The position numbers and the translations under genes are program-made. Below, piece by piece: positions 51,699-63,898 of a DNA stretch of 64,000 nucleotides; the first letter of the stretch is position 1; every line of letters starts with the position of its first letter. Location of the stretch: NCBI GenBank assembly GCA_013265495.1, contig MU058221.1, forward strand, positions 3,908,001 through 3,972,000, read 5' to 3'. The notes under the pieces are model-generated. The model did no database searches and was not told where the DNA came from. It saw only the letters and a program-made list of their open reading frames with translations. The DNA is from Vicugna vicugna (Eukaryota).

Positions 51699-52710
51699 AT
51701 CCAATTAGAAAGTGGGCCAAAAATATCAAGAGAAATTTCAGCAAAGAAGAAAGCAAACAGATAGCAAATGACACGTGAAAAGACTTCCAATATTGTTAGC
51801 CATAAGGAAAATGCAGATTAAAATACTAATGAGATACAACACACCAATCAAAATGGCTAAAATTGAAACAAATGAAAACATTAAGTGCTAGTAAGAATAC
51901 TGAGAAACTAAATTTCTTGTGTATGGTTGATAGGAATGTAAAATGGGTACAGCCACTTTGGAAAAGGGTTGAGCAACTTCTTATACAACTAAATGTGACT
52001 ACTGTATTACCCAGGATGGTACTTTCCAGTTTTAACCCTAAATAAATGAAAATTTGTGTTCACACCAAAAACTGTAAATAAACGCTCATCATGACTTCCT
52101 TCCAAAGAGTACAGTATGGAAAGGGGGGAAATAATGTAACTTTACTCTGTAACAACCGTACAAACTGACCTCAGGCAGGTGATGAAGGTCAGCATTAACA
52201 GTGACGAGTCATGTTAATCACACGTACCTTTGACATCATGCAATGAGACTGGTCCTCCACATCTGCCGTCTTCCTCCTAAGAGCCCATCACTTCCGTGTA
52301 ATCAGGAAAACACGAGCAAAACCTAACTGACAGACACCGTACAAGATACCTGACCAGCAGTCCTCAAAACAGACAAACTCATCACAAACAATGAAAGTCT
52401 GAGAAATTATTCCAGGACAGAGGAGCCAGAGGAGACATGATCACCGAACGTGCTGATATGGATGGGTCCTGAAACAGAAGAAGGACATCATAGAATAACT
52501 AAGGAAGTTTAAGTTAAGTCTAATATTTAGATGATGATAATATATCAATATTATTGCTATATGGGTTCATTAATATATCAATTCATTAATCATGACAAGT
52601 GTATCATATAAATGTAAGGGAAATGGGTATGAGGTACGCTGAAATCCTCTGTACTATTTTTGCAACTTTTCTGTAAATCTAAACCTATTCTTAAAAGCCT
52701 GTTTTTGAAA
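51699..52710 (+). mobile_element. L1MD-like ORF2 end and 3'UTR
   Basis: caattagaaagtgggccaaa, aatgtaaaatgggtacagccactttggaaaa, ccaaagagtacagtatggaaaggggg, tacctgaccag..gtcctcaaaac, ctctgtactatttttgcaacttttctgtaaatctaaa. Confidence 0.8.
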
Positions 52711-54383
52711 AGCAAAAACGAACAATATTCCAAAAAATTTTTTCCAAAATATGCTGCAGAATTTCCCTCCTTATTTATTACCTTAAATGTTGTAATTATG
52801 TCTTGTTCGAGGAACAGTGATTATTTTCATCACCCGTTTCACAGAAATCCTGAGCACAAGGGTCCTAGCTCAGTTATCAAGTGGCGGCTCACTCCGGCTA
52901 GCTTCGCTGGGAAGGATGCAGCCAGGAGTCTATTTCCTGAAGCATCGTTTGCCAAGAATATTTGATATAATCCTCTTCATCGAGAACCTAAAGCTAACTT
53001 AACTCTCTTTGATTTTTCTCCTGGAAGATTCTATTTCTGGCCAAGGCTCTAGCCGAGGCCTCAGGCAAACTTGATGGGAGAACAGAGACCATCTGACGAT
53101 TCCAAGTCTGGCTGTTTGGGGTTGATTTATCACAGAAGCCGAAATAATCAGAAAGGGAGTCAGTTGAATCCCTTTTGGGGGATTGTAGTTCGTGAGGGCA
53201 TAAGCCTGCCCTTAATTATTTCATAAGGACTTAGGGACAACGATTTTCCTGAAGAGAAGAACGAATTGTCGACAGAAAAGGCATGAGACAAGTTTCCCAA
53301 CGTTTAAACTCTATCTTACAAGGGTATGAATAACCAGAAATAAAACCTCAGATTAAAAAAATTCTCAGAGTTGAGAGGGGTGGTACCACCCCTGTCTCCA
53401 TCCATATTGTTCAACTTCACCCATTTCCTTTTTCCTAGAGGAATGTTTTTGTCACTCGTGCATCTTTTTAGTGTTTGTGACAATATAAGAAAATATGAAC
53501 ATGTACCCCCTCGTTTTTTACACAAAGATAGCAGACCAGCGGCACCCATGTGCCTCCCTTCTGTCATTTCCGGTGATGCTCAAGAGCTCCGTGCAAAGCC
53601 GAGTCCTGCTCATTTCCATTGCTTGTGCGTTTCCTTTAATGTGGCTGTCATCCCCTGTCCTGGCTCCTTTAGAGTACCTTCCATGTCTTCTCTTCTTCCA
53701 TGCCTGCTGCAAACTTCCAGTCTCCTGGCCCCACCTGGTCAAATTTATGGATACAGAACCTCTAGCTAACTTTAGCAATTGCCAGTGTCTAGGTCTGAAC
53801 AGAACCTTTATACCCACCGCCCTCATAACCACAGACTCCCCATGCCTTTCATTTAGCTGCAGTCAGATGGTGGGGGTCAGGCGGAAGCAGCTTGATCATT
53901 TCTATGAAAACGGGGTCAGCAGGAACGTGCCCTGAATAGAGGCTGGGGACCGATTGTTTCCATCAGAAGGGTGATGAGCACGAGAGGGAACGTGGCTGTC
54001 CAATCTTTGCACCTAACTTAATCGTCTCATCTTCTGGTACCTGTCAAATAAAAGAGAGATGATCAACACGACATTCTAGATTTTTTTGGAACTGTCTCAT
54101 TCTTTGTATTCCTCCTGTGTCTGAGAACCATGTTCAGACCACATCAGTAAAGCGAATCCCATTCCCTGAAGATACTCAACATTTCTTATACGTTTCCCTG
54201 GCTTTTCCTTCCCTGTCAAATATCATAAAACATCCTTCCATCTCCTGAGTCAATATTAGTTACTGTTTCATGTGCAAGCCTGAAGGTCCATCTTTTTATT
54301 TCAACCTTATGGAGAACCAGGAGAAATTCTAAGCAAGGAATGATAAAATGAATGTATAGAACATAAAGAGCTAAGTTGGTTCT

Positions 54384-54772
54384 ATCTAAAAAAAAAAAAA
54401 AGAACAAAAATACAAAACAGAAACAGACTCATAGACACAGAATAAAAACTTGTGGTTGCCAAGGAGGCGGGGGGTGGGAAGGGACAGACTGGGAGTTTGA
54501 AATTTGTAGATAATGACAGGCATATGTAGAACGGATACACAAGATTTTACCATAGAGCACAGGGAAATGTATGCAAGATCTTGTGGTGGCTCACGGTGAA
54601 AAAAATGTGACAATGAATATATACACGTATGTTCGTGTATAACTGAAAAATTGTGCTCTGCACTGGAATTTGACACCGCATTGCAAACTGACTGTAACTC
54701 AATTAAAAAAAAATTCCAAAACCAAACAAACAAAAAAGAAATAATTTGTTGAATGATTAAAAAAAGAAAAAA
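54384..54772 (+). mobile_element. camelid-type L1 3'UTR insertion with 11-bp TSD and extended tail
   Basis: TSD aagttggttct at 54373-54383 and 54773-54783; starts at the ORF2 stop (atctaa); G-rich tract; ends aactcaattaaaa followed by extra sequence. Confidence 0.9.
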
Positions 54773-54894
54773 AAGTTGGTTCTGTGAACTCATGAGCGCT
54801 TGTAAGTATTACTGATCTGCTGCTCCTCCCACAAGTACTGGTCAGGAGAGTGTGGGAAATTGAGTAAGTGTGTGTCTGCTTTTTTGCTGCAATG

Positions 54895-55150
54895 CAATGA
54901 ATATGCAGCATGACATTAATTTCAGGCGTACAACATCATGATTTGGTATTTGAATCTATTGTAAAGTCATCACCGTAGTAAGTCTACTTAACATTCGTCA
55001 CCATATGTAGTTACAGAATTTATCTTCTTGTGATGATAACTGTTAAGATTTATGCTCTTAGCACCTTTCAAATATGCAATACAGTATTATAAACTGACAT
55101 TACATCCCCAGGACTTATTTATTTTATAAGTGGAAGTTTGTAACTTTGGA
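54895..55150 (-). mobile_element. L1MA-like 3' end fragment
   Basis: ttcaggcgtacaacatcatgatttg...tgttaagatttatgctcttagcacctttcaaatatgcaatacagtatt...acatccccaggacttatttattttataagtggaagtttg. Confidence 0.75.
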
Positions 55151-56360
55151 TTTGCATTTTTTTTTTCATTAGCAGAGTTGTATAGAAGTAGTCATGGAAT
55201 AGGTACGGACAAAAAAAATTAACTACCTTATTCTCCTTACTAATTCAGCCAGGGCTTCTGTCAGCTGCCTAAGTTTGCTTTCCCTGCCCTTCATATTTTT
55301 CATGAGTTTTGAAACAAACAAACACAAAAAAGAAGTAGAAAAGAAATTAAATGAAGTACATTGCAAAAGCACTAATTTCTCTTCTTTTCTCTGGGTACAA
55401 AGAGGACAGATATTTATGCAAATGTTACCAACAACTCTATTCAAGAATGACACTCATTTAGAAATGACTGCAGCTTCACAGTTCCACCTTGAGAACCAAT
55501 TTCCAGTTGGCTTTGCGGTCGCTGAACACAAAATTGCTTCATTTCTCAAGGAACGAAAAAAAGATTTCCATATCCCTGAGTTAAGCAGCCTACAAATATG
55601 TTACTCAGAGTCCCTTCCGTGTCTGCTGATGGGTCCGGGTTTAAGATTTCAAAGAAAATTAATTAGACTATGTATTTAGGGATGACATAATCCCACTTCC
55701 AAGGAGTTAATCTGGTTTAAAAATTTAGCCTTTTAAAATATGCCCTCCTCTGAATGTCGTGCATTCATCCTAAAGAATTATTGCTCAGTGGGTCAGGGAA
55801 ATAATTGAAAATACTGAAATCACAATGTTGTAACCAGGTTAATCGCTTACGCTGAGTGTAGTGCTGTGAATCCTGCCTACCGCAGGCTAGAAATTCAGGC
55901 AGAGTTCGCCGGATCCTGGCTCAACTGTAGGAACAAGATTGGGTTCTGGAAACTTAAACCCAACACAAGGAAGTGAAAAGCAACCAGAAAACCCTAAAGA
56001 GATAATACGTGGGTACAGAAACAGACAGATGGCAGGGATGGGCAGGTGAGCCACACTCCTGAGTCCAACTACGCTAATACAAGAGGGTGGACCCCCATGT
56101 GGCTGGTATCAGAGAACAAGTATTTTGAAAACAAAATGGAGACTATAAGAAATACTGGGGTTTTGAACATTCATAGGTATGTTTTGTTGCAAATATATTG
56201 TTTGTGGATGAGTTGACCTTACTAAGGGAGGGCAGGGAGGAAGAAAGATGTATATTTTGAAGTTGGAATGAAACTCCAATATACAAAATTCAAAATCCTA
56301 CCCAGGCCAAATCAATTTAGCATCCCTGTTAAGCGGTGGTCATGCAGCTTTGGTCTAGAC

Positions 56361-56578
56361 CAGAGTTTCTCAAGCTTTCCATTATTGACGCTTCAGACCA
56401 GATAATTCTTTCTTAAGAGATTATCATGTGACGCCTAGGAAGTTTACCAGCAGTCCTAGAATTTACCCATTAGGAGGCAGCAGCACCCCCTCTCCAGTTG
56501 TGATCATCGAAAGTGTTTCCAGACATTGCCACATCTTCCCGTGGGGACAAAATTGCCTCCCCCCATTGAAGACCACCA
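56361..56578 (-). mobile_element. MER20, near full length, with 8-bp hAT TSD
   Basis: cagagtttctcaa...gaccagataattcttt...tttccagacattgcca...ggggacaaaattgcc...; TSD gtctagac (56353-56360) / gtttagac (56579-56586). Confidence 0.88.
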
Positions 56579-57027
56579 GTTTAGACCACTTCAGTGACTG
56601 AGAACCCACGTATCTGCCCACATGGCTCAGTGGCCCCCAAGTGGACACTGTCTGATGTTTACAAGGCGATCCTTTAAATAAGAAATCAGCAAATATTTCT
56701 TGTATTGAAAATGTCAAGCAGCAGGACGTACAGATCCTGCCAGGGCGACTGGACTTGAGGAAAGAACAACGCTTATAATATAATGTCATAAATGGGTGCA
56801 AGAGGGCAAAAACGGAACTCCGGGAGTCACCCATAGAACATGACTTCTTGAGACGCCTAAGCTGCCTCTGGGCCGAAGTGGGACACAGAAATTATCAGCC
56901 AGACTAATTTCCAAATCAATACCCAGTGGACTTAGCAAACAAGTTTACATACATCCTGATTCTTGGACAAAGACGAGAAATTTACCTTTTGTTTTCTCCT
57001 TCCTCACAGCAAATGGGACAAGGATGT

Positions 57028-57350
57028 CTTTTATTTATTTATATATATATATATATTTTTTTTTAATTGAAGTACAGTCAGTTACAATGTGTCCATGTCT
57101 GGTGTTCAGCACAATGTCCCAGTCATGCATATACATACATGTATTCGTTTTCATTTTTTTTTCATTAAAGGTTATTACAAGATATTGAACATAGGTCCCT
57201 GTCTCTACAGAAGAACCTTTTTTTTGATCTATTTTTATATATAGTGGCTAACACTTGTAAATCTCAAACGTCCAGATTTATCCCTTCCCACCCCCTTTCC
57301 GCAGTACAATAAGAGGTAAGACTGTTTACGAAGTCTGTGAGTCTGTTTCT
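57028..57350 (-). mobile_element. camelid-type L1 3'UTR fragment with (TA)n-decayed tail
   Basis: ttaattgaagtacagtcagttacaatgtgtc...aaaggttattacaagatattgaa...tttatcccttcccacccc...tgtgagtctgtttctg. Confidence 0.85.
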
Positions 57351-58696
57351 GCTGCTCTCCATTTGTCTCACATCCCTGTTTGCCCTGTTGAAATCCTTGT
57401 GATGCCTTTTTACATTAAGCAAAGGCCAAAAAAAAAAAAAAAACAGCTTTGCAAACGTTCCTTCTGCATGATAAAGCCCCTTGATTACGGGAGATGCTGC
57501 AAGGAAGGAGGAAGGTACTGCAGGAGAATGAGGGGAAGATCAATTCAATTAAAAAAAAAAATCAGCAGCTCAGATTCAGCCAACGGGGTTGGCTTCTTCC
57601 AACCCTGTTCCATCACATTAACCCTCCTGAAAATCACTACTCAAGGTACCTGGAGTGAATATTGACTTTAGAGTTATTTTCTTCCCATTTTAAAGTGCTC
57701 CGGCAATATCATAGACTCCGCAGAACTGAGTGACCTTCCTGTGTACTTTTCTGGAGGCATAATTACTCGCTAAATTCTGGGTCTGACAGTCACAATGCAT
57801 TTTGGTTGCAAGCCTGAAATCTGCAAACTTGACAGTTTCTGCAGCCAGGTGGAGACAGAAGCGGAGGTGAGACGGACGATTCTCCGTCGCTAAGGGGAAG
57901 CGTATGATCTGGCCTGACCATTCCCTTTGCAGTCGGGACAAGGCTAGCGCTGCCTCAGTCCCGAGAGGGGTCTAATAGTCTCTTTCAGGAATGAGCCCAT
58001 CCACCTGGCGTGAGAAGTAGGGCCTAACCCCAGGCAAACGATAAAGTGCAGAATGTGATTAGCGATGTAAGCCTCTGAGAACAAACAGCCGCCAGAACAC
58101 TTGACAATCCATTCGTCTGAAAAGTGCGTTTGAGAAAAATATTGTGATTTTTCTTTATATAGTTTATTTTTCGGTCTCAATTATTATTATAGATAATTTC
58201 AGTATCTTCTTTAATATTATCACATTAGAACTCTTAACAATTTGAAAAATCAACCACAAGCAAATGGATCATAAGGAAAGGTAACAAAAGTTGACAGATG
58301 GTGGAAGGGGCGGTACGTGGTTCCCTCTCAGATCATTTTCACTCTTTAAATCTGCCTCCTGGGACTGCGACTTAGAGTCTGGCTTCTTATTTTTGTTTAA
58401 TGTAATAGCCACAAGTTACAAAGACAGCCGAAGGATGAACATGGAAGGTGTTTCCTTCTGGTGAATAACACAATTGGGATCGATTTATTGGGTTACAGCC
58501 AGAGTCAGAAACAGCAAGTGGGGTTGAAGAGGGTGGTTAAATGTCTGGGTGGTGTTCAGGGAGGGAGGGCACATATGAGAGAAGATGGTAAGGACACTTT
58601 TGGTCTGAGAGGGTCAAGACATGGAGAAACAGAAGTGTGATTCCACAGACATGTGTGTGGCCTAGCGTTGACCCTTGTTAAAAACATGTCAATTTA

Positions 58697-59354
58697 TTTT
58701 CTTTCATTTTTTATTGAAGTATATTTGGTTTACAATGTGTTACTTTCTGGTGTACAGCATAGTGTTTTAGTTTTATATATATACACACATATACACACAC
58801 ACATATATATAGTCCTTTTCATTTTCTTTTTCATGATAGGTTATTAAAGAGATATTGAGTATAATTGCCAGCGTTATACAAAAGAACTTTGTTGTTTATC
58901 TATTTTATATATAGTAGTTAGTACCCTCAAATCTCGAACTCCCAATTTATCCCTCCCCCCTCTCCCCCCACCCCCAGTAACCATAAGTTTGTTTCCTGTG
59001 TCTGTGAGTCTGTTTCTGCTTTGTAAATAAGTTCATTTGTGTCATTTTTTCAGAATCCACACCTAAGTGATGTCACATGGTATTTTTCTTTCTCTTTCTG
59101 GCTTACTTCACTTAGTATGACAATCTCAGGCCCATCCATGTTGCTGCAAATGGCAGTGTTTTATTTTTTATGACTGAGTAGTATTCCACTGTGTATATAT
59201 GTTACAGACCCCATGGAATTGTGTGTGTGTAGCTTCTTTATTCAGTTTCTTTATCCACTCATTTGTTGATGGACATTTAGGTTGCTTCCATGTCTTGGCT
59301 ACTGTAAATAGTGAGGGTATGAACACTGGGGTGCAGATATCTTTTCGAATTAGA
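58697..59354 (-). mobile_element. L1 (ORF2 end plus 3'UTR), 5'-truncated, with 17-bp TSD
   Basis: TSD aaaaacatgtcaattta at 58680-58696 and 59355-59371; ORF 59168-59362 gives [31 protein letters not shown]. Confidence 0.93.
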
Positions 59355-60879
59355 AAAAACATGTCAATTTAGATGGGGAAATTTCCCATCACACTTAAGT
59401 AAAAGAAGCCTTGTTTTAAGGGGGGAGATTTTGGAGAAATGAAATCTCTTTCAGTTAGAAGTTCAGAGGTTGTGGGCAAAACATCTTCTCTCTTTAATTT
59501 CACTGACACCATATGGCAAATAACAATGATGAAGGTGGCAATCCAGGGGCTTTGTGAAGGTGGTGGGCAAAATTATTTTATAAAGGGGTCAGTTTCTGTG
59601 ACAGTAGGCGATTTTGAGACCCCTTCGGTTGGTGGGACACTTTATATACAAGGCTTATCTTCGGTTCATATTTAGCTCACACGGATAGAAAACTGATTCA
59701 GAGGAGTTAGTTTTGAAACTGGCGATTTATAGCCGGTGACTATGTCCAGTCAAGGGTGACGCGTCTGAAAAGTGTGTCCTTCAGCAAGTAGCTGAATGTT
59801 GCTGGAAAGCGACTGCAGGTGTTGGAGCTGAAATCTCTGATGCTGAGTGATGGAAGGAAATGCACACACCTCGAGACTGTGCTCTGTCCCCCTTACGAAC
59901 ATCACCACAGATCATTCCAATTACAGAAATGTAACCAAAATTTCTTGCAATGCAGTTGAAGAGGAAGAGAAAGCAAAGGAACGTGTATTGCTCTCTGAGT
60001 GAAAATAGAACTATTTGAAAGAAGGAGACGCAGTAGTAAAAATTACAATTGGAACTGGGCAGACAGTGTCATTGCTTCCAACTTGCTAGCGTTTAGCCAT
60101 AAGACTAGTTTGCAAATCAACACGGAAATGCTAAACGACGTGCAGAGTGCCTAGTCACGTGTGACAGGAATGAATGAATGCAGGCATCTTGGGAAGAAAC
60201 AAAAAGCAGGCGGGTGTGTCAGCAGCGGGATCCAGCTACCTGCAGGTGGCAGACAGCCAGGTGAAAAGTATTCTCTATTCTTCCTTCCCTCATTAGTTAT
60301 AATCATAATAAGCCAAACCTACTGTAAGTCAAGGTTTGATTAAAGATCACACCAGCAGACAGTGAAGTCAGACCCCGTCTCTAGTTCATGTGACTCCGAA
60401 ACCCCATACTTTTTTTTTTCTCTTTAAAATCCACATCCTCAAAAAAAAAGGAATTCTAAAATGTTCACCCCAGCTCTCCATGAAAGGTAAGCATGAGATA
60501 AGAAAGTGCATCTCCTTTTCAGCTTGATGGAGGGAGGAAATACAATACTAAGATACTGGATTATTCATTTAATAATTTTTGGACCACAGACTATCTTCAT
60601 TCGAAGCTAGTACAGCTACCAGACCACACCAGCAAGCAGCCTCGAGGTCTACAAGATCGGTTCCTGGTACAGTGTGCGGGTTCCATGTTTCTCGAACTCT
60701 CAGGGCCCCTGTATTTGCTGCCAAGTAGATTATTATCTGAGAACAGGGCACACGTCAAGTCATCAGATATTTTCGGGTATCATTGCCATCTTTTGCTTGG
60801 AGGGTCCCAGTGCTGAATTTTTCCATGTGGTGTTACTAATGAAGTGTTTGTATCTTAATAAAAGTTTTAAGGGTTAAAG

Positions 60880-61950
60880 CTAGATCAAAGACTGGACAGA
60901 ACATGATCCTGCCCCTGTGTTCTGGAGGAAGAGACAGAAGCACGTGCCTACATACGAGTTGGGGTGACAAGTGCTATAAAGAAAGATGAAGTAGGGCAAT
61001 CCTTGGTAAGACTGCTACTCAGCGTGCAGTGGGATTTTTTTTTTTTTTCTTGAGCAGAGACTCGAGAGGAATGAGAAAATGAGCAATGTTGGGGGAACAC
61101 AAGCAAACAGAAAGTGAATGTTTCTGAGCTGGAAACGAATTTGGTTATTCAAGGAACTGTCAGAGCAGGCAGAGAGCTAGATCTGAGCAGAGGAAGGGGG
61201 ACACAGACCAAAGGGCAGGACCTGGGCAGAAAGGAGGGGCACAGCCCAAATGCACACATCATGTGAGCACCAGGGATCCCTGGGCAGAGAAAGAAAAGCA
61301 GGAATCTTTAGGCTGATGAGGGGCCACACCTTTTGGCCTGGAGACCAACGAAGAAAGGTCAGAAAAGGCAGGAATTTCCAGTGTCCGAACGTAACCTTTT
61401 TGCTCATTATGCTGCCCTCGTTTCAATAAAATTAGCCTTGCAGATCAGAAGTACCCATCATGCATGGACACCATGACACCCCTGATCCAGACTAAATAAG
61501 GACAAAAGTCCCTCCTCCCTTTGGGAAGGTGCAGTTGGGATGATAATCAGGGAATATGACCCCAAGCCCTTCCCTCCACAATGACTATTCCGCCCATTCA
61601 TTTTTACACCCTATGTGACCAACTTGCCAAAGAAACTCAGGGCAGCCGGTCGCCTGAGCCTGCCCGCTCTCCCCTTGACAGTGTCCTGTCCATCTCTTAA
61701 TAAATCCTCACTTCACTTTTTTTTTTTTTTTTAACCTCTACGTCTTGTCTCTGAGTTCTTTCCGGGACGGGACAAGAACCTGGAACACCGGTTGGATCCA
61801 CCAGCATCAGAACCACAAAAAACCAGTGGAACTCGAGTTACATAAGCAAGAAAGAAAATGTTAGGGAAGTAATTCGGAAAGGCGTGCCTGAGCCAGGTCA
61901 TGTGGGAGGATGATTTTCAATGCCGGGGAGCTATACGGCGGGGAAGGGGG
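60880..61950 (-). mobile_element. L2 remnant split by the LTR at 61158-61809
   Basis: gtgacaagtgctataaagaaa...tgagcagagactcga...ttcaaggaac continues after the LTR as cacaaaaaaccagtggaactcgag. Confidence 0.55.
61158..61809 (+). mobile_element. ERV1-type solo LTR, 652 bp, perfect 4-bp TSD
   Basis: TG...CA termini (tgtcagagc...ccagcatca); TSD GAAC at 61154-61157 and 61810-61813; aataaa at 61699-61704; U5-like gagttctttccgggacgggacaagaacc. Confidence 0.9.
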
Positions 61951-61964
61951 AGAAAGAGAACGCT

Positions 61965-62080
61965 CAGACCTTTCTGCAGAGAATGGACTTTATCTGGTCT
62001 CAGGTAGGTCCTGAGCATAGAAATATCATCAAAGCCGTCCAGGCAATCTTAATGTAAATCCAGGCATCTGAAAAATTGAA
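61965..62080. mobile_element. MER5-like hAT fragment
   Basis: aggtaggtcctgagcat...ccaggcaatcttaatgtaaatccagg...tgaaaaattg. Confidence 0.45.
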
Positions 62081-62179
62081 GCAGGGCCTGGAGGCCATAT
62101 TTCTCCCCCTAAGCGTGGTGGAAACTCCTTTATGGGTTTTGAATGAGAGACTAAAAAGACCTGATTTATCTGTAAAATG

Positions 62180-62421
62180 TACAATGTATCAATTTCTGTT
62201 GTACAGTATCATGTTCCAGTCATACATGGATGTATATATACATATATATTCATTTTCATATTCTTTGTCATTAAAGGTTATTATAAGATATTGAATATAG
62301 TTCCCTGTGCTGTACAGAGAAGAAATTTGTTAATCTATTTTTATATATAGTGGTTATCATTTGCGAATCTCAAACTCCCAAATTTATCCCATTGTAACTG
62401 ACTATACTTCATTAAAAAAAA
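62180..62421 (+). mobile_element. 5'-inverted (twin-primed) camelid-type L1 3' end
   Basis: Inverted arm 62180-62390; sense arm attgtaactgactatacttcatt plus A-tail 62391-62421; TSD atctg(t/c)aaaatg at 62168-62179 and 62422-62433. Confidence 0.85.
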
Positions 62422-63047
62422 ATCTGCAAAATGCAAAATTTTGGAAAAGTTGACACAAATGCAATTTCTTCTGAAAAAAATCTTGTAAAGAATCAAGGTA
62501 ATCCTGGAAATGGTTGAACTTACTCTGTAAGTTCTCACTATATACTTTGTTTAGAAAGCAGTAAAAAAGAGAAAAAAAAAAGCACTGTAAACCACTGTAT
62601 TTGTTGGAAGAGTGGGTAGAAAAATGTGTTGCTCAAAATGTTGGCTGGTGGTCTGATCCATTTCATATTTTTCAGCCTAGAATGCAATGGAGTAACGTCT
62701 TTACCCGTTGAAGGTAATTGTTGTTGCTACTGGCATTATTTAAAGTGTTTTTAGAATAAATTAAGAATTATAATCCAGGCATTAACATTAATTTGCTTTT
62801 AATTACATATTCATTCATACTGGCATCATGCAAAAAAACATGAACGTGCATGTGCCCCAGATACCAAAAACGCTGGAAACGCACTGGTAAGTAAGACATT
62901 GCTCTGTCTCATATTTTATACATAAATAGGCAAAATATCATTAAGATGTGTATGTATATCAAGGAAAGTGTAAAGGAAAGGAGAACACAGAGTCGAAAGG
63001 AAAAGATCATTCCTTTAAAGAAAAATTTTTTTTAATGTCTAAAGAAC

Positions 63048-63371
63048 TGTGTTAGTCAAGGTTGTCCAGAGAAACAACCAAACTTGTTCGAGTCTGAAGG
63101 TCAGAAGCTGCTGTGTAAGCAGGAAAAGGCAATGGTCCAGCTCAAGGGCCATCAGGCAGGAATATGCTCGTGCTCGGGAAAGGCCAACATTTTAATGTAT
63201 TCAAGCCTTCATGTGATTGGACGAAGCCCACCCGTATTACGAAGGATGATGCATTTTACATCTTCTACCAGGGAAAGGTTAGTCTCATCCAGCAGCACCT
63301 TCAGAGAACACCTAACACAGTGTTGGACCAAATTTCTGGCAGCTCTGTGTCCCATTCTAACTGCCATCACA
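63048..63371 (-). mobile_element. MLT2-type (ERVL) solo LTR, internally deleted
   Basis: tgtgttagtcaaggttgtccagagaaaca...tattcaagccttcatgtgattggacgaagcccacccgtatt...gtctcatcca...ccatcaca. Confidence 0.85.
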
Positions 63372-63692
63372 GCAACTTTTTGGATTCCCTCTTTATCACT
63401 TATGTCTAAGTCAAATTGAATAAATTAGTAGAGTGTATTGTCACCTAAATGAAGTAGCTATCCAGGGAGTCGATAAAAGTTCTTGTTTTGAGCGCAGTGA
63501 GTTTATCATTTGTTTTTGTTTTGTTTACTGTAAGTCAAGTCCTGTCTCTACCTCAAGAAGATAGCTAATGGCTGGGTCACTGGTGGCCAGGTACAGCACA
63601 GGCATGGTGGCATGCTGTTCCAAGGTGTCAAATTCTGATCACTAAATATTGCATATTTTAAGAGCAGCAGACATTACTAGCATCCATTTATC

Positions 63693-63800
63693 TGTGTGTG
63701 TGTGTGTGTGTGTGTGTGTAACAATATGTATATATATATATATACACACACACACACATGCAATGAGTGTATGTACATATGTGTGTGTCTATCTGTATAC
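63693..63800. repeat. compound (TG)n-(TA)n-(CA)n microsatellite
   Basis: Direct reading. Confidence 0.9.
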
Positions 63801-63825
63801 GAAAATATATGTATATTCCAAACAT

Positions 63826-63898
63826 TACCACAGTTGAATGTCTCCAGATATGCCCCAGTGCCCCTGGGGGTCAGATCACCCCAGTTGAGAAACATTGG
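63826..63898 (-). mobile_element. MER20 terminal fragment
   Basis: aatgtctccagatatgccccagtgcccctgggggtcagatcacccccagttgagaaacattg. Confidence 0.7.

Noticed and set aside
53316..53935. Cluster of four overlapping ORFs of 83-146 aa
   Set aside because: No recognisable domain or splice pattern; consistent with a locally higher-GC, stop-poor stretch.
55826..56140. Possible ancient Gypsy-like LTR
   Set aside because: Only a TG start and general texture; I could not establish termini, a TSD or a consensus match.
10239..63371. LTR/L1 orientation bias implying a host transcription unit
   Set aside because: LTRs are about 7 minus to 3 plus and young L1s about 4 to 4; too few and too mixed to infer a gene strand.
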